A stretch of 32,000 nt of DNA from Pseudodesulfovibrio mercurii (GTDB lineage Bacteria; Desulfobacterota; Desulfovibrionia; Desulfovibrionales; Desulfovibrionaceae). The translations under genes were made by a program, and so were the position numbers. The notes under the pieces are model-generated. The model saw only the letters and a program-made list of their open reading frames with translations. It was not told where the DNA came from and did no database searches. This document shows positions 1 to 7,627 of this stretch, piece by piece (position 1 is the stretch's first letter; each line of letters starts with the position of its first letter). The stretch lies in NCBI RefSeq assembly GCF_000189295.2, contig NC_016803.1, positions 1,200,001 through 1,232,000 of the forward strand, read 5' to 3'.

Positions 1-1
1 C

Positions 2-409
2 TTCGCGCCCCTGGCCACCCGGCTGCGCGCCGAGGGCAAGACCGTGGTCGGCTACGGCTCCAGGCAGACCCCGGAGGCGTTCACCAACGCCTGCTCCACC
101 TTCTCCTACCTGGACGACAAACCCCAGGACCAGCCCGAGGCGCAGCCCAAGCCCATGGACGCGAACACCCTCAAGGGCGACACCCGGCTGATGAACCTGC
201 TGCGCAACACCATCGAGGCGTGCGCGGACGACGACGGATGGGCGCTTATGGGCCGCATCGGGCAGCACATCCGCAACCACTCCTCCTTCGACCCCCGGAA
301 CTACGGCTACAAGCGGCTGTCCGACCTGTTCGAGGCCATCGACCTGTTCGAGGTCCGGCAGGCGAGGGGCGGCCACAAGAGCGTCCGGGACAGGAAGCGC
401 AAGGCCTGA
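2..409 (+). CDS. NYN/LabA-like domain protein with C-terminal OST-HTH (LOTUS) domain, 5'-truncated by the window edge
   Basis: The frame of listed ORF 44..409 stays open to the window edge. FAPLATRLRAEGKTVVGYG reads like the end of a NYN/LabA PIN-like domain. The C-terminal GWALMGRIGQHIRN..FDPRNYGYKRLSDLFEAIDLFEV fits the OST-HTH pattern. Stop TGA at 407-409. Confidence 0.7.
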   Translation, partial: FAPLATRLRAEGKTVVGYGSRQTPEAFTNACSTFSYLDDKPQDQPEAQPKPMDANTLKGDTRLMNLLRNTIEACADDDGWALMGRIGQHIRNHSSFDPRNYGYKRLSDLFEAIDLFEVRQARGGHKSVRDRKRKA

Positions 410-453
410 TCGACAACCGCCCCGGCGGGCACGCGGCCCGCAAAGGAACAACC

Positions 454-858
454 ATGCTCCCCAAGACGATCTCCCCCACCATCGTGGTCGAGGACCTGGC
501 CCCGGCCCGGACCTTCTACACCACCCATCTCGACGGCCGCCTGATCTTCGACTGCGGCTGGTACATCGGCCTGCAGTTCGGGCAAGGCGGCCCCACCCTG
601 CACTTCATGCAGCCGAAGTCCCCGGACCAGCCGGTCTACGGCGGCGGCGGCCTGACCTACAACCTCCTGCTGGCGGACGCGGCCGCAGTCGAACGGGCCC
701 ACGAGCGCGTCGCGGCGGCCGGGCTGCCCTTGGTCATGCCCCTCGAAGACCACCCCTGGGGCGACCGGGGCTTCTGCACCCTCGATCCCTACGGCGTGGC
801 CCTCTACGTCTACGTGGAGATCGAGCCGAGCGAGGAGTTCCGGCAGTATTTTCTGTAG
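454..858 (+). CDS. VOC (glyoxalase/bleomycin-resistance/dioxygenase) family protein
   Basis: Internal ATG at 454 of listed ORF 220..858, preceded by AAAGGAA (442-448). The 134-aa product (MLPKTISPTIVVEDLAPARTFY...DHPWGDRGFCTLDPYGVALYVY) looks like a single VOC module. The upstream part of the listed ORF is Arg/Pro-rich shadow sequence overlapping the previous gene. Confidence 0.7.
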   Translation: MLPKTISPTIVVEDLAPARTFYTTHLDGRLIFDCGWYIGLQFGQGGPTLHFMQPKSPDQPVYGGGGLTYNLLLADAAAVERAHERVAAAGLPLVMPLEDHPWGDRGFCTLDPYGVALYVYVEIEPSEEFRQYFL

Positions 859-869
859 ATCGGACCGAC

Positions 870-903
870 AAAAAAAGCCGCCCTCTCGGGCGGCTTCGTC
901 TTT
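870..903. terminator. Bidirectional rho-independent terminator between convergent genes
   Basis: A7 run (870-876), 7-bp GC stem GCCGCCC (877-883) / GGGCGGC (888-894) with loop TCTC, then TTCGTCTTT (895-903). It reads as hairpin plus U-tract on both strands. Confidence 0.75.
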
Positions 904-921
904 CCGGGTGGGACGGGGCGG

Positions 922-1611
922 CTAGCCCAGGTCGTCCAGGGCGATGCGGGCCAGTTCGCCCACCGTGGTGTCGATGAGCTCGCGGTGGTGGAAGGTGCGG
1001 ATCGGGGTCGAGTCGGCGCGGAGGGCTTCGAGTCCGTCCCTGGCGCCCTCGGCCTTGATGAGCCCGAGCACGCGGGCCGCGTAGGCGCGGTTGTAGGCGT
1101 CGGGGTCCTCCAGGGCGACCATGAGAAATTTCTCGCCGTGGGCCACGAACTCGGGCCGGTACTCGGCCAGGCGGGCCAGCCCCCAGAGCACGTCGCGCCG
1201 GAGTTCCGGGTGATCCAGGAAGTTGCCGTCGCACTCCTCGTCGCAGAAGATGTAGGAGACCAGAATCTTGGAAAATTCCTTGGCGATGCGCTCGCTGTTG
1301 ACCATGGCCTCGGCCATGAACAGGGGGATGCCCCAGCCCAGGTTGCCGGACTCCTCGTTCATATACCACATGAGGGTGCGCATGATGATCCGGGCCTTTT
1401 CCATGGAGGCCTCGGCCATGCGGGCGGCGGTCAGGCCGAAGGCCGTGACCGAGTGCCAGCGCACGGTCTCCAGCCGGTCCAGGCGCAGGTTGAGGAGCGG
1501 CGGGACCAGGTCCACGGGGCGGAATTCGTCCAGCTCGGCGAGGCGTATCTGCCAATCGTCGTCAGCCAGGATGTCATGGACGGTCTTCTTGACGCTGCGA
1601 AAACGGGACAT
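922..1611 (-). CDS. HEAT-repeat (PBS-lyase-like) conserved protein, DVU0298-family-like
   Basis: ATG at 1611 (MSRFRSVKK...) preceded by GGAGGA with 2-nt spacing (1614-1619), which is tighter than the usual 5-9 nt. All-helical repeat sequence with HEAT_PBS-like segments (NRAYAARVLGLIKAEGARDGLEALRAD). The family name is recalled from memory, not searched. Confidence 0.7.
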   Translation of the reverse strand: MSRFRSVKKTVHDILADDDWQIRLAELDEFRPVDLVPPLLNLRLDRLETVRWHSVTAFGLTAARMAEASMEKARIIMRTLMWYMNEESGNLGWGIPLFMAEAMVNSERIAKEFSKILVSYIFCDEECDGNFLDHPELRRDVLWGLARLAEYRPEFVAHGEKFLMVALEDPDAYNRAYAARVLGLIKAEGARDGLEALRADSTPIRTFHHRELIDTTVGELARIALDDLG

Positions 1612-1625
1612 GCTTCCTCCGATGC

Positions 1626-1653
1626 AAAAGGGGGCCGTCAAGCGACAGCCCCC
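1626..1653 (-). terminator. Possible weak terminator/attenuator hairpin between the TPR gene and the HEAT gene
   Basis: On the minus strand there is a 6-bp G/C stem (1630-1635 pairs with 1648-1653) with a 12-nt loop, followed by TTTT (complement of 1626-1629). It lies about 15 nt upstream of the next start codon. Confidence 0.35.
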
Positions 1654-1695
1654 TCAATATAATCATCTTTGCGGGATGGGCAACGAAAACAAGCA

Positions 1696-2322
1696 TCAGT
1701 TGCCGGACTTCTCCTCCACTTCCCGCTTGAAGTCCTCGGGCACGTCGAAGCCCGATTCCTCGGCCTTCCTGATGCACACGGCGGCCTCGCCCCAGTTGCC
1801 GCGCTCGGCCTCGATGATCGCCTTGTTGTTCCAGCCGGGGCCGAAGTGGGCGTGCTTTTCGAGCAGGGTCTTGAGGAGCTTGTCCGCCTCCTCGAAGTCG
1901 TTCATGGCGATGAGCACGCTGGACATGGTCGCCTGGGCCTGGGCGAAGTCGGGATCGAGCTTCAGGGCCTTTTTCAGGGACTTGTGCGCCTTGTCGTTGT
2001 CGCCCTGCTGCATGTAGACGAAGCCGATGTTGCCCCAGGGCACGGCGAAGAACGGGCGCTGCTGGGTGGCCTGGACGTTGTAGCTCAGGCAGGACTCCAT
2101 GTCGCCGCGCTGCAGGGCGATGCCGCCGAGCTGCACGTAGGCCTCGGCCATGCGCGGTGAGTGGGCCACGGCGTCCAGGAACTCGCGCTCGGCCTCCAGA
2201 AAATCGCGGCGGGAAAGATAGGCCACGCCCAGATTGTAGTGGGTGTTGCCGCAGGTCGGATTGTCGCGCAGTTTCGATTTGAGATCGGCGATGTAGTCGT
2301 CAATATTGTCGAATTGTTCCAT
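1696..2322 (-). CDS. Tetratricopeptide-repeat (TPR) protein
   Basis: 208-aa ORF with repeated TPR signatures (HYNLGVAYLSRRDFLEAEREFLDAV, AEAYVQLGGIALQRGD, WGNIGFVYMQQGDNDKAHKSLKKALKLDP). AAGGA lies 7 nt upstream of the ATG. Confidence 0.85.
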   Translation of the reverse strand: MEQFDNIDDYIADLKSKLRDNPTCGNTHYNLGVAYLSRRDFLEAEREFLDAVAHSPRMAEAYVQLGGIALQRGDMESCLSYNVQATQQRPFFAVPWGNIGFVYMQQGDNDKAHKSLKKALKLDPDFAQAQATMSSVLIAMNDFEEADKLLKTLLEKHAHFGPGWNNKAIIEAERGNWGEAAVCIRKAEESGFDVPEDFKREVEEKSGN

Positions 2323-2337
2323 GAGGGTATCCTTGCT

Positions 2338-2703
2338 TTATGGCTCGACGCCGTGTTTCTTGCAGTGCTCCGCGTACCAGAGGCAGAAGTCGTAGATGGG
2401 CCGGATCTTCTCGAAGTTCATGACCAGCATCACGTTGAACTCGTTGACCTGGTCGATGTACTCCTGGTTCAAATGCTTGCCCGTCTCCCGGATGAACAGC
2501 TGGGTCAGCTGGGCCTGGGTCAACCCCGTCTTCTCCACGCGGATGTCGATGGGATCGAAGGGGGCAGCGAACGGGTCCCAGTTCTCGTAGCCCAAGCGGT
2601 CCACGAACTTGCGCCGCCGGGGCGACATCTTCTCGTACATGAACCGCTTGCGGGCCTCGACCTCGTGGTCGGCCATGTCCTCGTAGTTGACGGTCTTGGT
2701 CAT
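2338..2703 (-). CDS. Conserved hypothetical protein (121 aa), no family recognised
   Basis: Clean ORF with G/C-rich third codon positions. The ATG at 2703 lies 3 nt after the stop of the upstream gene, and AAGGAA overlaps that gene's last codons. The next gene starts 15 nt after its stop. Confidence 0.7.
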   Translation of the reverse strand: MTKTVNYEDMADHEVEARKRFMYEKMSPRRRKFVDRLGYENWDPFAAPFDPIDIRVEKTGLTQAQLTQLFIRETGKHLNQEYIDQVNEFNVMLVMNFEKIRPIYDFCLWYAEHCKKHGVEP

Positions 2704-2706
2704 GGG

Positions 2707-3525
2707 CTATTCCTTGCCGCCGAGGACAATGGACTCGCCGCAGGACTCGCAGGCCGAGCCGGATTCGGAACAGGAGGCGCAGGCCGAGGACTTGCCCGGA
2801 CCCTTGGCCGCGGCCGGGGCGATGATCTCCCTGGGGCGATCCTCTTCCTCGGGAGACTTCTCGCGCAGGGCGGTCTTCTCGCCCACGCCCAGGTACCCTT
2901 CGTCGTAGTCCGTGCCGATGGCCATGGACACAGGCAGGAGCATCTCGCCCAGCTCGCTGAAGCGGGAGCCGATGCCGGTCTGGAGCTCCTTGCCGATGGC
3001 CAGGAGGCGGTCCAGAATGATGTCCATGTTCACCGTGGGATATTTCTCGCCGCCCTTGAAGCCCGCCTGGTTGCAGGTGTGGGCCCGGCCGCCGATGGAG
3101 GTGGGCACGCCGTACAGCCGGCAGGTGATGGGCCGGTGCTCGTAGATGGCGCACAGGTTGTCGTCTCCGAGCATGGGGCAGCGCACGCGGGCCCTGGCCA
3201 CTTCCAGAAGGATGTCGTTGACCGGACGACCTTCCTGGCTCGCCTTGTAGACCTTGCGCTTGAGCTTGTGGATGTCCCGGTCGGCCCGGTCGGCGCGCTC
3301 CAGAATGGCCGAGCGCTCCAGGCCGGAATACTTCTCGTTGAACTTGGCGTTGATGTACATGGCCTCGACCAGGGTCACGTCGAACAGGGCGTAGCAGCAG
3401 TCGCTGCACCCCTTGCCGCATTTGACCAGGTCCGGCATCTCGGTCTCGAACTTCCGGAAGACCGCGTCCACCTCGGCCACGATGGCTTCGTATTTTTTGA
3501 AATACTCGGTAAAATCAAGGGCCAT
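2707..3525 (-). CDS. YkgJ-family cysteine-cluster protein (CxxCxxCC, UPF0153) with Cys/Ser/Glu-rich C-terminal tail
   Basis: Internal ATG at 3525 (MALDFTEYFKKY...) preceded by AGGAG with 6-nt spacing. Contains CGKGCSDCC plus downstream CPML...C....HRPITCRLYG motifs typical of the YkgJ/FliB-like cluster family. The tail is ...SSACASCSESGSACESCGESIVLGGKE. Confidence 0.8.
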   Translation of the reverse strand: MALDFTEYFKKYEAIVAEVDAVFRKFETEMPDLVKCGKGCSDCCYALFDVTLVEAMYINAKFNEKYSGLERSAILERADRADRDIHKLKRKVYKASQEGRPVNDILLEVARARVRCPMLGDDNLCAIYEHRPITCRLYGVPTSIGGRAHTCNQAGFKGGEKYPTVNMDIILDRLLAIGKELQTGIGSRFSELGEMLLPVSMAIGTDYDEGYLGVGEKTALREKSPEEEDRPREIIAPAAAKGPGKSSACASCSESGSACESCGESIVLGGKE

Positions 3526-3585
3526 TATCTGCTCCTGGACCGGCCAGGCGACAACGCCGGCCATGGGTGGGGTTTCGCTTGCGAC

Positions 3586-3613
3586 CAATTAAGTCGTGAA
3601 TCGGCGCCGTCAA
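3586..3613 (-). promoter_or_regulatory. Candidate sigma70-type promoter for the ykgJ operon
   Basis: Minus strand: TTGACG (complement of 3608-3613), a 15-16 nt spacer, then TTAATT/TAATTG (3586-3592). The -10 element is weak. Confidence 0.25.
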
Positions 3614-3748
3614 CCGCGCTGCCGCAAAAGAAGGGGGCGTGCCCGGAGGGAAAAGAACCCTCGGGCGACGGTTCTGGCGATGTCCGGCCCGGCCCGGAGC
3701 GTTTCCCCGTGACCGCGACCCGCTGCGCGGCCACCGTTCCGGCGGCCC

Positions 3749-3784
3749 AAAATGGAACGGGAGCGGCGGATACCCGCCGCTCCC
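3749..3784 (-). terminator. Rho-independent terminator downstream of the ferredoxin gene
   Basis: Perfect 11-bp stem GGGAGCGGCGG (3759-3769) / CCGCCGCTCCC (3774-3784) with a 4-nt loop. On the minus strand it is followed by GTTCCATTTT. Confidence 0.8.
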
Positions 3785-3808
3785 GTAACCATATCAGAAT
3801 AGCAAAGA

Positions 3809-3997
3809 CTAGTTTTCTTCGACGGTGATGGCGTCGTTTTCGCAAACTTCGACGCAGGACTCACAACCGAGACATTCGTCCATGTTGACCGGAACGGCTT
3901 TGCCGTCCTGAAGCTCGTAGACTTCAACCGGGCAAACGTCCACGCATTCGCCGTCGCCGGTGCACTTGTCGGTGTCGATAGTGATAGTGTAGCCCAT
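3809..3997 (-). CDS. Small two-cluster ferredoxin, 7Fe ([3Fe-4S]+[4Fe-4S]) ferredoxin-III type
   Basis: 62 aa. First motif is C12-x2-D15-x2-C18-x3-C22-P. Second motif is C42-x2-C45-x2-C48-x3-C52-E. GGAGGG lies 4 nt upstream of the ATG. Confidence 0.9.
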   Translation of the reverse strand: MGYTITIDTDKCTGDGECVDVCPVEVYELQDGKAVPVNMDECLGCESCVEVCENDAITVEEN

Positions 3998-4285
3998 TTT
4001 TCCCTCCAGAGAATAATTTGGGATGCCCGCCGTATGCGGGTCTGTTTCTCGCGCTGCCCTTCAGGCCTTGGGCCCGGGCGAGACACGACATTTCAAAGTA
4101 CGAATCCGGTCACGCGGGACCGGGCACGAACTTGCTGATATATTCATGCCCGCCGCGTGTCAAGCCATGAAAGCGCTTTTCAAAAGTCCTACAAAAACGT
4201 GACCTGCGATGACGGCTTGTGGTGCGGCCCGGAGTCGTTTACTCTTGCGGACCGAATAGCGATTCCAACCAGACGAGGTAGCCAT

Positions 4286-5488
4286 ATGTTCACCAAGGAC
4301 GAATTGAAAAAATATGCCGAGACCCTGTGGTGGGGACTGTCCACCGCACGGACCAAACCGTATCAGCCGGGCGACTTCGTGCTCCTGCGCTTCGACCCGG
4401 ACGCCCTGCCCCTGGCCGAGGCCATGTTCGACCTGCTCATGGACAAGGGCATCAACCCGATCCCGCGCCAGAACCTGTCCGCGCCCATGGAAGTCTCCTT
4501 CTACGGCAAGGGCAACGACGACCAGCTGACCGCCGTCGCCTCGGGCGACCGGGAATTCGTCGGCGGGCTCAACGGGCTCATCTCGCTCATCGCCCCGGCC
4601 TCCCTGACCCATCTCCAAAACATCGACTCCAAGCGCATCGGCCAGGCCGCCGTGGCCCGCAAGTTCATGCGCGACATCATGGAGAAGCGCGAACAGTCCG
4701 GCGACTTCGGCTGGACCCTGTGCATCTACCCCACCCCGGCCCTGGCCGAGGCGGCCAAGCTGTCCATGGCCGACTTCAAGGCCCAGGTGGTCAAGGCGTG
4801 CTACCTGGACGACGGCAACCCGCCCGCCCGCTGGAACGAGATCTTCGCCGAGGCCGAAAAGGTCAAGGCGTGGCTCAACGCGCTGTCCATCGAGCACCTG
4901 CGCATCCAATCCAAGGACACGGACCTGATCGTGGTCCCCGGCGAGCAGCGCCGCTGGCTCGGCGTGTCCGGCCACAACATCCCGTCCTTCGAGATATTCC
5001 TCTCCCCGGACTGGCGCGGCACCGAGGGCGTGTACTACGCCGACCAGCCCTCCTTCCGCTCGGGCAACTTCGTTGAGGGCGTGCGCCTGACCTTCGAAAA
5101 GGGCGTGGCCGTCAAGACCGAGGCCAAGACCGGCGGCGACTTCGTGGCCAAGCAGCTGACCCTGGACGAGGGGGCCAACCGGCTGGGCGAGTTCTCCCTG
5201 ACCGACCGGCGCTTCTCCAAGATCAACGCCTTCATGGCCAACACCCTGTTCGACGAGAACTTCGGCGGGCCCCAGGGCAACTGCCACGTGGCCGTGGGCG
5301 CGTCCTACGCCGACACCTTCTCCGGCGACCAGTCCACCCTGGACGAGGCCAGAAAGAAGGAGCTCGGCTTCAACGACTCCGCCCTGCACTGGGACCTGGT
5401 CAACACGCAGCAGAAGACCGTCACCGCCACCCTCAAGGGCGGCGAGGAGCTGGTCATCTACGCGGACGGCGAATTCCGGTACGAATAG
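4286..5488 (+). CDS. M29-family aminopeptidase (AmpS/PepS/aminopeptidase T-like)
   Basis: Internal ATG at 4286 (MFTKDELKKYAETLWWGL...) with GAGG 7 nt upstream. About 400 aa with M29-like features throughout (...GHNIPSFEIFLSPD..., ...FDENFGGPQGNCHVAVGASY..., ...SALHWDLV...). Confidence 0.8.
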   Translation: MFTKDELKKYAETLWWGLSTARTKPYQPGDFVLLRFDPDALPLAEAMFDLLMDKGINPIPRQNLSAPMEVSFYGKGNDDQLTAVASGDREFVGGLNGLISLIAPASLTHLQNIDSKRIGQAAVARKFMRDIMEKREQSGDFGWTLCIYPTPALAEAAKLSMADFKAQVVKACYLDDGNPPARWNEIFAEAEKVKAWLNALSIEHLRIQSKDTDLIVVPGEQRRWLGVSGHNIPSFEIFLSPDWRGTEGVYYADQPSFRSGNFVEGVRLTFEKGVAVKTEAKTGGDFVAKQLTLDEGANRLGEFSLTDRRFSKINAFMANTLFDENFGGPQGNCHVAVGASYADTFSGDQSTLDEARKKELGFNDSALHWDLVNTQQKTVTATLKGGEELVIYADGEFRYE

Positions 5489-5498
5489 GACGCCGCCG

Positions 5499-5571
5499 CC
5501 CTTCCCTCCGGACCCCGTAGGCGCCGCTTCGCGGGACGGCGCCTCCGGGGAAGGAACGAGGGAAAGGGTTT
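5499..5571 (+). promoter_or_regulatory. Long imperfect GC-rich hairpin: aminopeptidase terminator or leader element of the moeA-fusion gene
   Basis: Three stacked helices. CCCTTCCCTC (5499-5508) pairs with GAGGG-A-AAGGG (5558-5568). CCCCG (5513-5517) pairs with CGGGG (5546-5550). GGCGCCG (5520-5526) pairs with CGGCGCC (5537-5543). Only TTT follows. Confidence 0.45.
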
Positions 5572-5665
5572 GCCATTCCCGCGGTCGAAACGATACATCT
5601 ACATCTGTTCATTGACGCCGCGCAGCGCGGGCCAACGCATAGAAGGGGAGTCCGGAGGCATTCTC

Positions 5666-7627
5666 ATGAGCAAACGCAATATCTATCTGAAGACCATCCC
5701 GCCCGAAGAGGCCGTGGCCCTGGCCAAGGCCAACCTGGACCGCGACGCACTGCTCGGCACCGAGCGGATGCCCACCCACGAGGCGGCCGGACGGGTCACG
5801 GCCGGGCCCATCTACGCCCGGTACTCCTCGCCCACCTTCCACGCGGCGGCCATGGACGGCGTGGCCGTGACGGCCGAGTCCACCTTCCCGGCCCGCGAGG
5901 ACGCGCCCGTGAGCCTGGACCTCGGCGAGGGGTTCGTCTTCGTCAACACCGGCAACCCCCTGCCCGAAGGCAAGAACGCGGTGGTCATGATCGAGAACGT
6001 GGTCCAGAAGGACGAGACCACCGTGCTCATCGACGCGCCCGCCTTCCCGTGGCAGCACGTGCGCCGCATCGGTGAGGACATCGTGGCCACGGAACTGCTC
6101 ATCCCCCAGAATCGCGAGCTGACCCCGTCGGACATCGGCGCGCTCATCTCGGCGGGCATCTACGAGATCGAGGTCCGCGAAAAAGTCCGGACCATCTTCC
6201 TGCCCACGGGCGACGAGGTGCTGAATTTCCTGGACCGGCCCGAGCCGCGCGCCGGGCAGGTCATCGAGTCCAACTCCCAGGTCTTCCGAGCCTACGCCAA
6301 GGGCTGGGGCATCGACGCGGCCTGGGCCCCCCCGGTGCCGGACGACGAGGACGCCCTGCGCAACGCGGTCATGGACGGCCTGAAACAGGGCTGCCACATG
6401 GTCGTGGTCGGCGCGGGCTCCAGCGCGGGCAGCAAGGACTACTCCAAGAAGGTCTTCGAATCCATCGGCACGGTCCTGGTGCACGGCATCTCGGTCATGC
6501 CGGGCAAGCCCAGCCTGCTGGCCGTGACCGACGAGCGCAGCGGGTATCCGGGCAGGCTCCTGGTGGGCGCGCCGGGCTATCCGGTGTCGGCCATCGTCTG
6601 TCACGAAAAGATTCTCGCGCCCGTGGTCCACTGGCTCATGGGCAAGTCCACGCCCGAACGGCCCGAGGCGGACATCGTCCTGGCGCGCAAGACCCCGTCC
6701 CGACCGGGCATGCGCGAGGCCATCCGGCTGGCCGCCGGGCGCATCGGCGAAAACATCGTGGGCGCGCCCCTGGCGCGCGGCGCGGGCATGATCACGACCA
6801 TGACCAAGGCCCAGGCCGTGACCTACATTCCCGAGGACGTGGAGGGCGTGGAACAGGGCGAAACGGTCAGGGCCGAGCTGCTGGTCCACAAGGGCGACCT
6901 GGACCGGGTGCTGGTCCATGTGGGCAGCCACGACAACACCCTGGATCTGTTGGCAAACGAGCTGATGGGCCTGTCCGAACCCCTGCGCCTGGTGTCGAGC
7001 CACGCCGGGTCCATGGGTGGTCTGACCGCCCTCAAGGCGGGCTCGGCCCTGTTCGCCGGAGCGCACCTGTTCGACCCCGAGACCGGGGACTTCAACTTTC
7101 CGTTCATCGAACGCTATCTCAAGGACATCCCGGTGACCGTGGTCAACCTGGCCATCCGCCACCAGGGGCTCATCGTGCCCAAGGGCAACCCGCTGTCCAT
7201 CCGGGGCGTGAACGACCTGACGCGCGACGACGTGGTCTTCATCAACCGCCAGCGGGGGGCCGGGACGCGCATCCTGCTCGACCATCATCTGAAAAAGGCC
7301 GGGATCAGCCCGCGCGACGTGGCCGGGTACGAAAACGAGGAGTTCACCCACATGGCCGTGGCCGTGAACGTGCTCACGGGCGCGGCCTCCTGCGGGCTGG
7401 GCATCTACGCGGCGGCCAAGGCCCTGGACCTGGACTTCGTGCCCCTGGCCCACGAGCGCTACGACCTGGTCATCCCCGCAGCCTACGCGGACGACCCGCG
7501 CATCCTGACGCTGATCGAGATCATCAAAAAACCCGCTGTCCAGGCCAAAATCAAGGCCCAGGGCGGGTACGAGACGGACATGACCGGCCGGATCATGCGG
7601 CCGGGCATGGGATTGGGGCAGGACTAG
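5666..7627 (+). CDS. moeA: Molybdopterin molybdenum/tungsten-transferase MoeA fused to a C-terminal PBP-like (oxyanion-binding-like) domain
   Basis: ATG at 5666 with GGAGG 7 nt upstream. The N-terminal ~400 aa are MoeA-like (...SSPTFHAAAMDGVAV..., ...SAGSKDYS..., ...MPGKPS...). The C-terminal ~230 aa (VLVHVGSHDNTLDLL...FINRQRGAGTRILLD...) resemble the PBP-like domain found on MoeA and on tungstate-responsive regulators. Confidence 0.85.
   Translation: MSKRNIYLKTIPPEEAVALAKANLDRDALLGTERMPTHEAAGRVTAGPIYARYSSPTFHAAAMDGVAVTAESTFPAREDAPVSLDLGEGFVFVNTGNPLPEGKNAVVMIENVVQKDETTVLIDAPAFPWQHVRRIGEDIVATELLIPQNRELTPSDIGALISAGIYEIEVREKVRTIFLPTGDEVLNFLDRPEPRAGQVIESNSQVFRAYAKGWGIDAAWAPPVPDDEDALRNAVMDGLKQGCHMVVVGAGSSAGSKDYSKKVFESIGTVLVHGISVMPGKPSLLAVTDERSGYPGRLLVGAPGYPVSAIVCHEKILAPVVHWLMGKSTPERPEADIVLARKTPSRPGMREAIRLAAGRIGENIVGAPLARGAGMITTMTKAQAVTYIPEDVEGVEQGETVRAELLVHKGDLDRVLVHVGSHDNTLDLLANELMGLSEPLRLVSSHAGSMGGLTALKAGSALFAGAHLFDPETGDFNFPFIERYLKDIPVTVVNLAIRHQGLIVPKGNPLSIRGVNDLTRDDVVFINRQRGAGTRILLDHHLKKAGISPRDVAGYENEEFTHMAVAVNVLTGAASCGLGIYAAAKALDLDFVPLAHERYDLVIPAAYADDPRILTLIEIIKKPAVQAKIKAQGGYETDMTGRIMRPGMGLGQD

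Noticed and set aside
4122-4135. Sigma54-like element GGGCAC-GAAC-TTGC upstream of the aminopeptidase gene.
   Set aside because: The spacer between the GGCAC and TTGC blocks is 4 nt instead of the strictly required 5 (GG to GC offset of 11 rather than 12). No enhancer-binding-protein gene is nearby. I treat it as a chance match.
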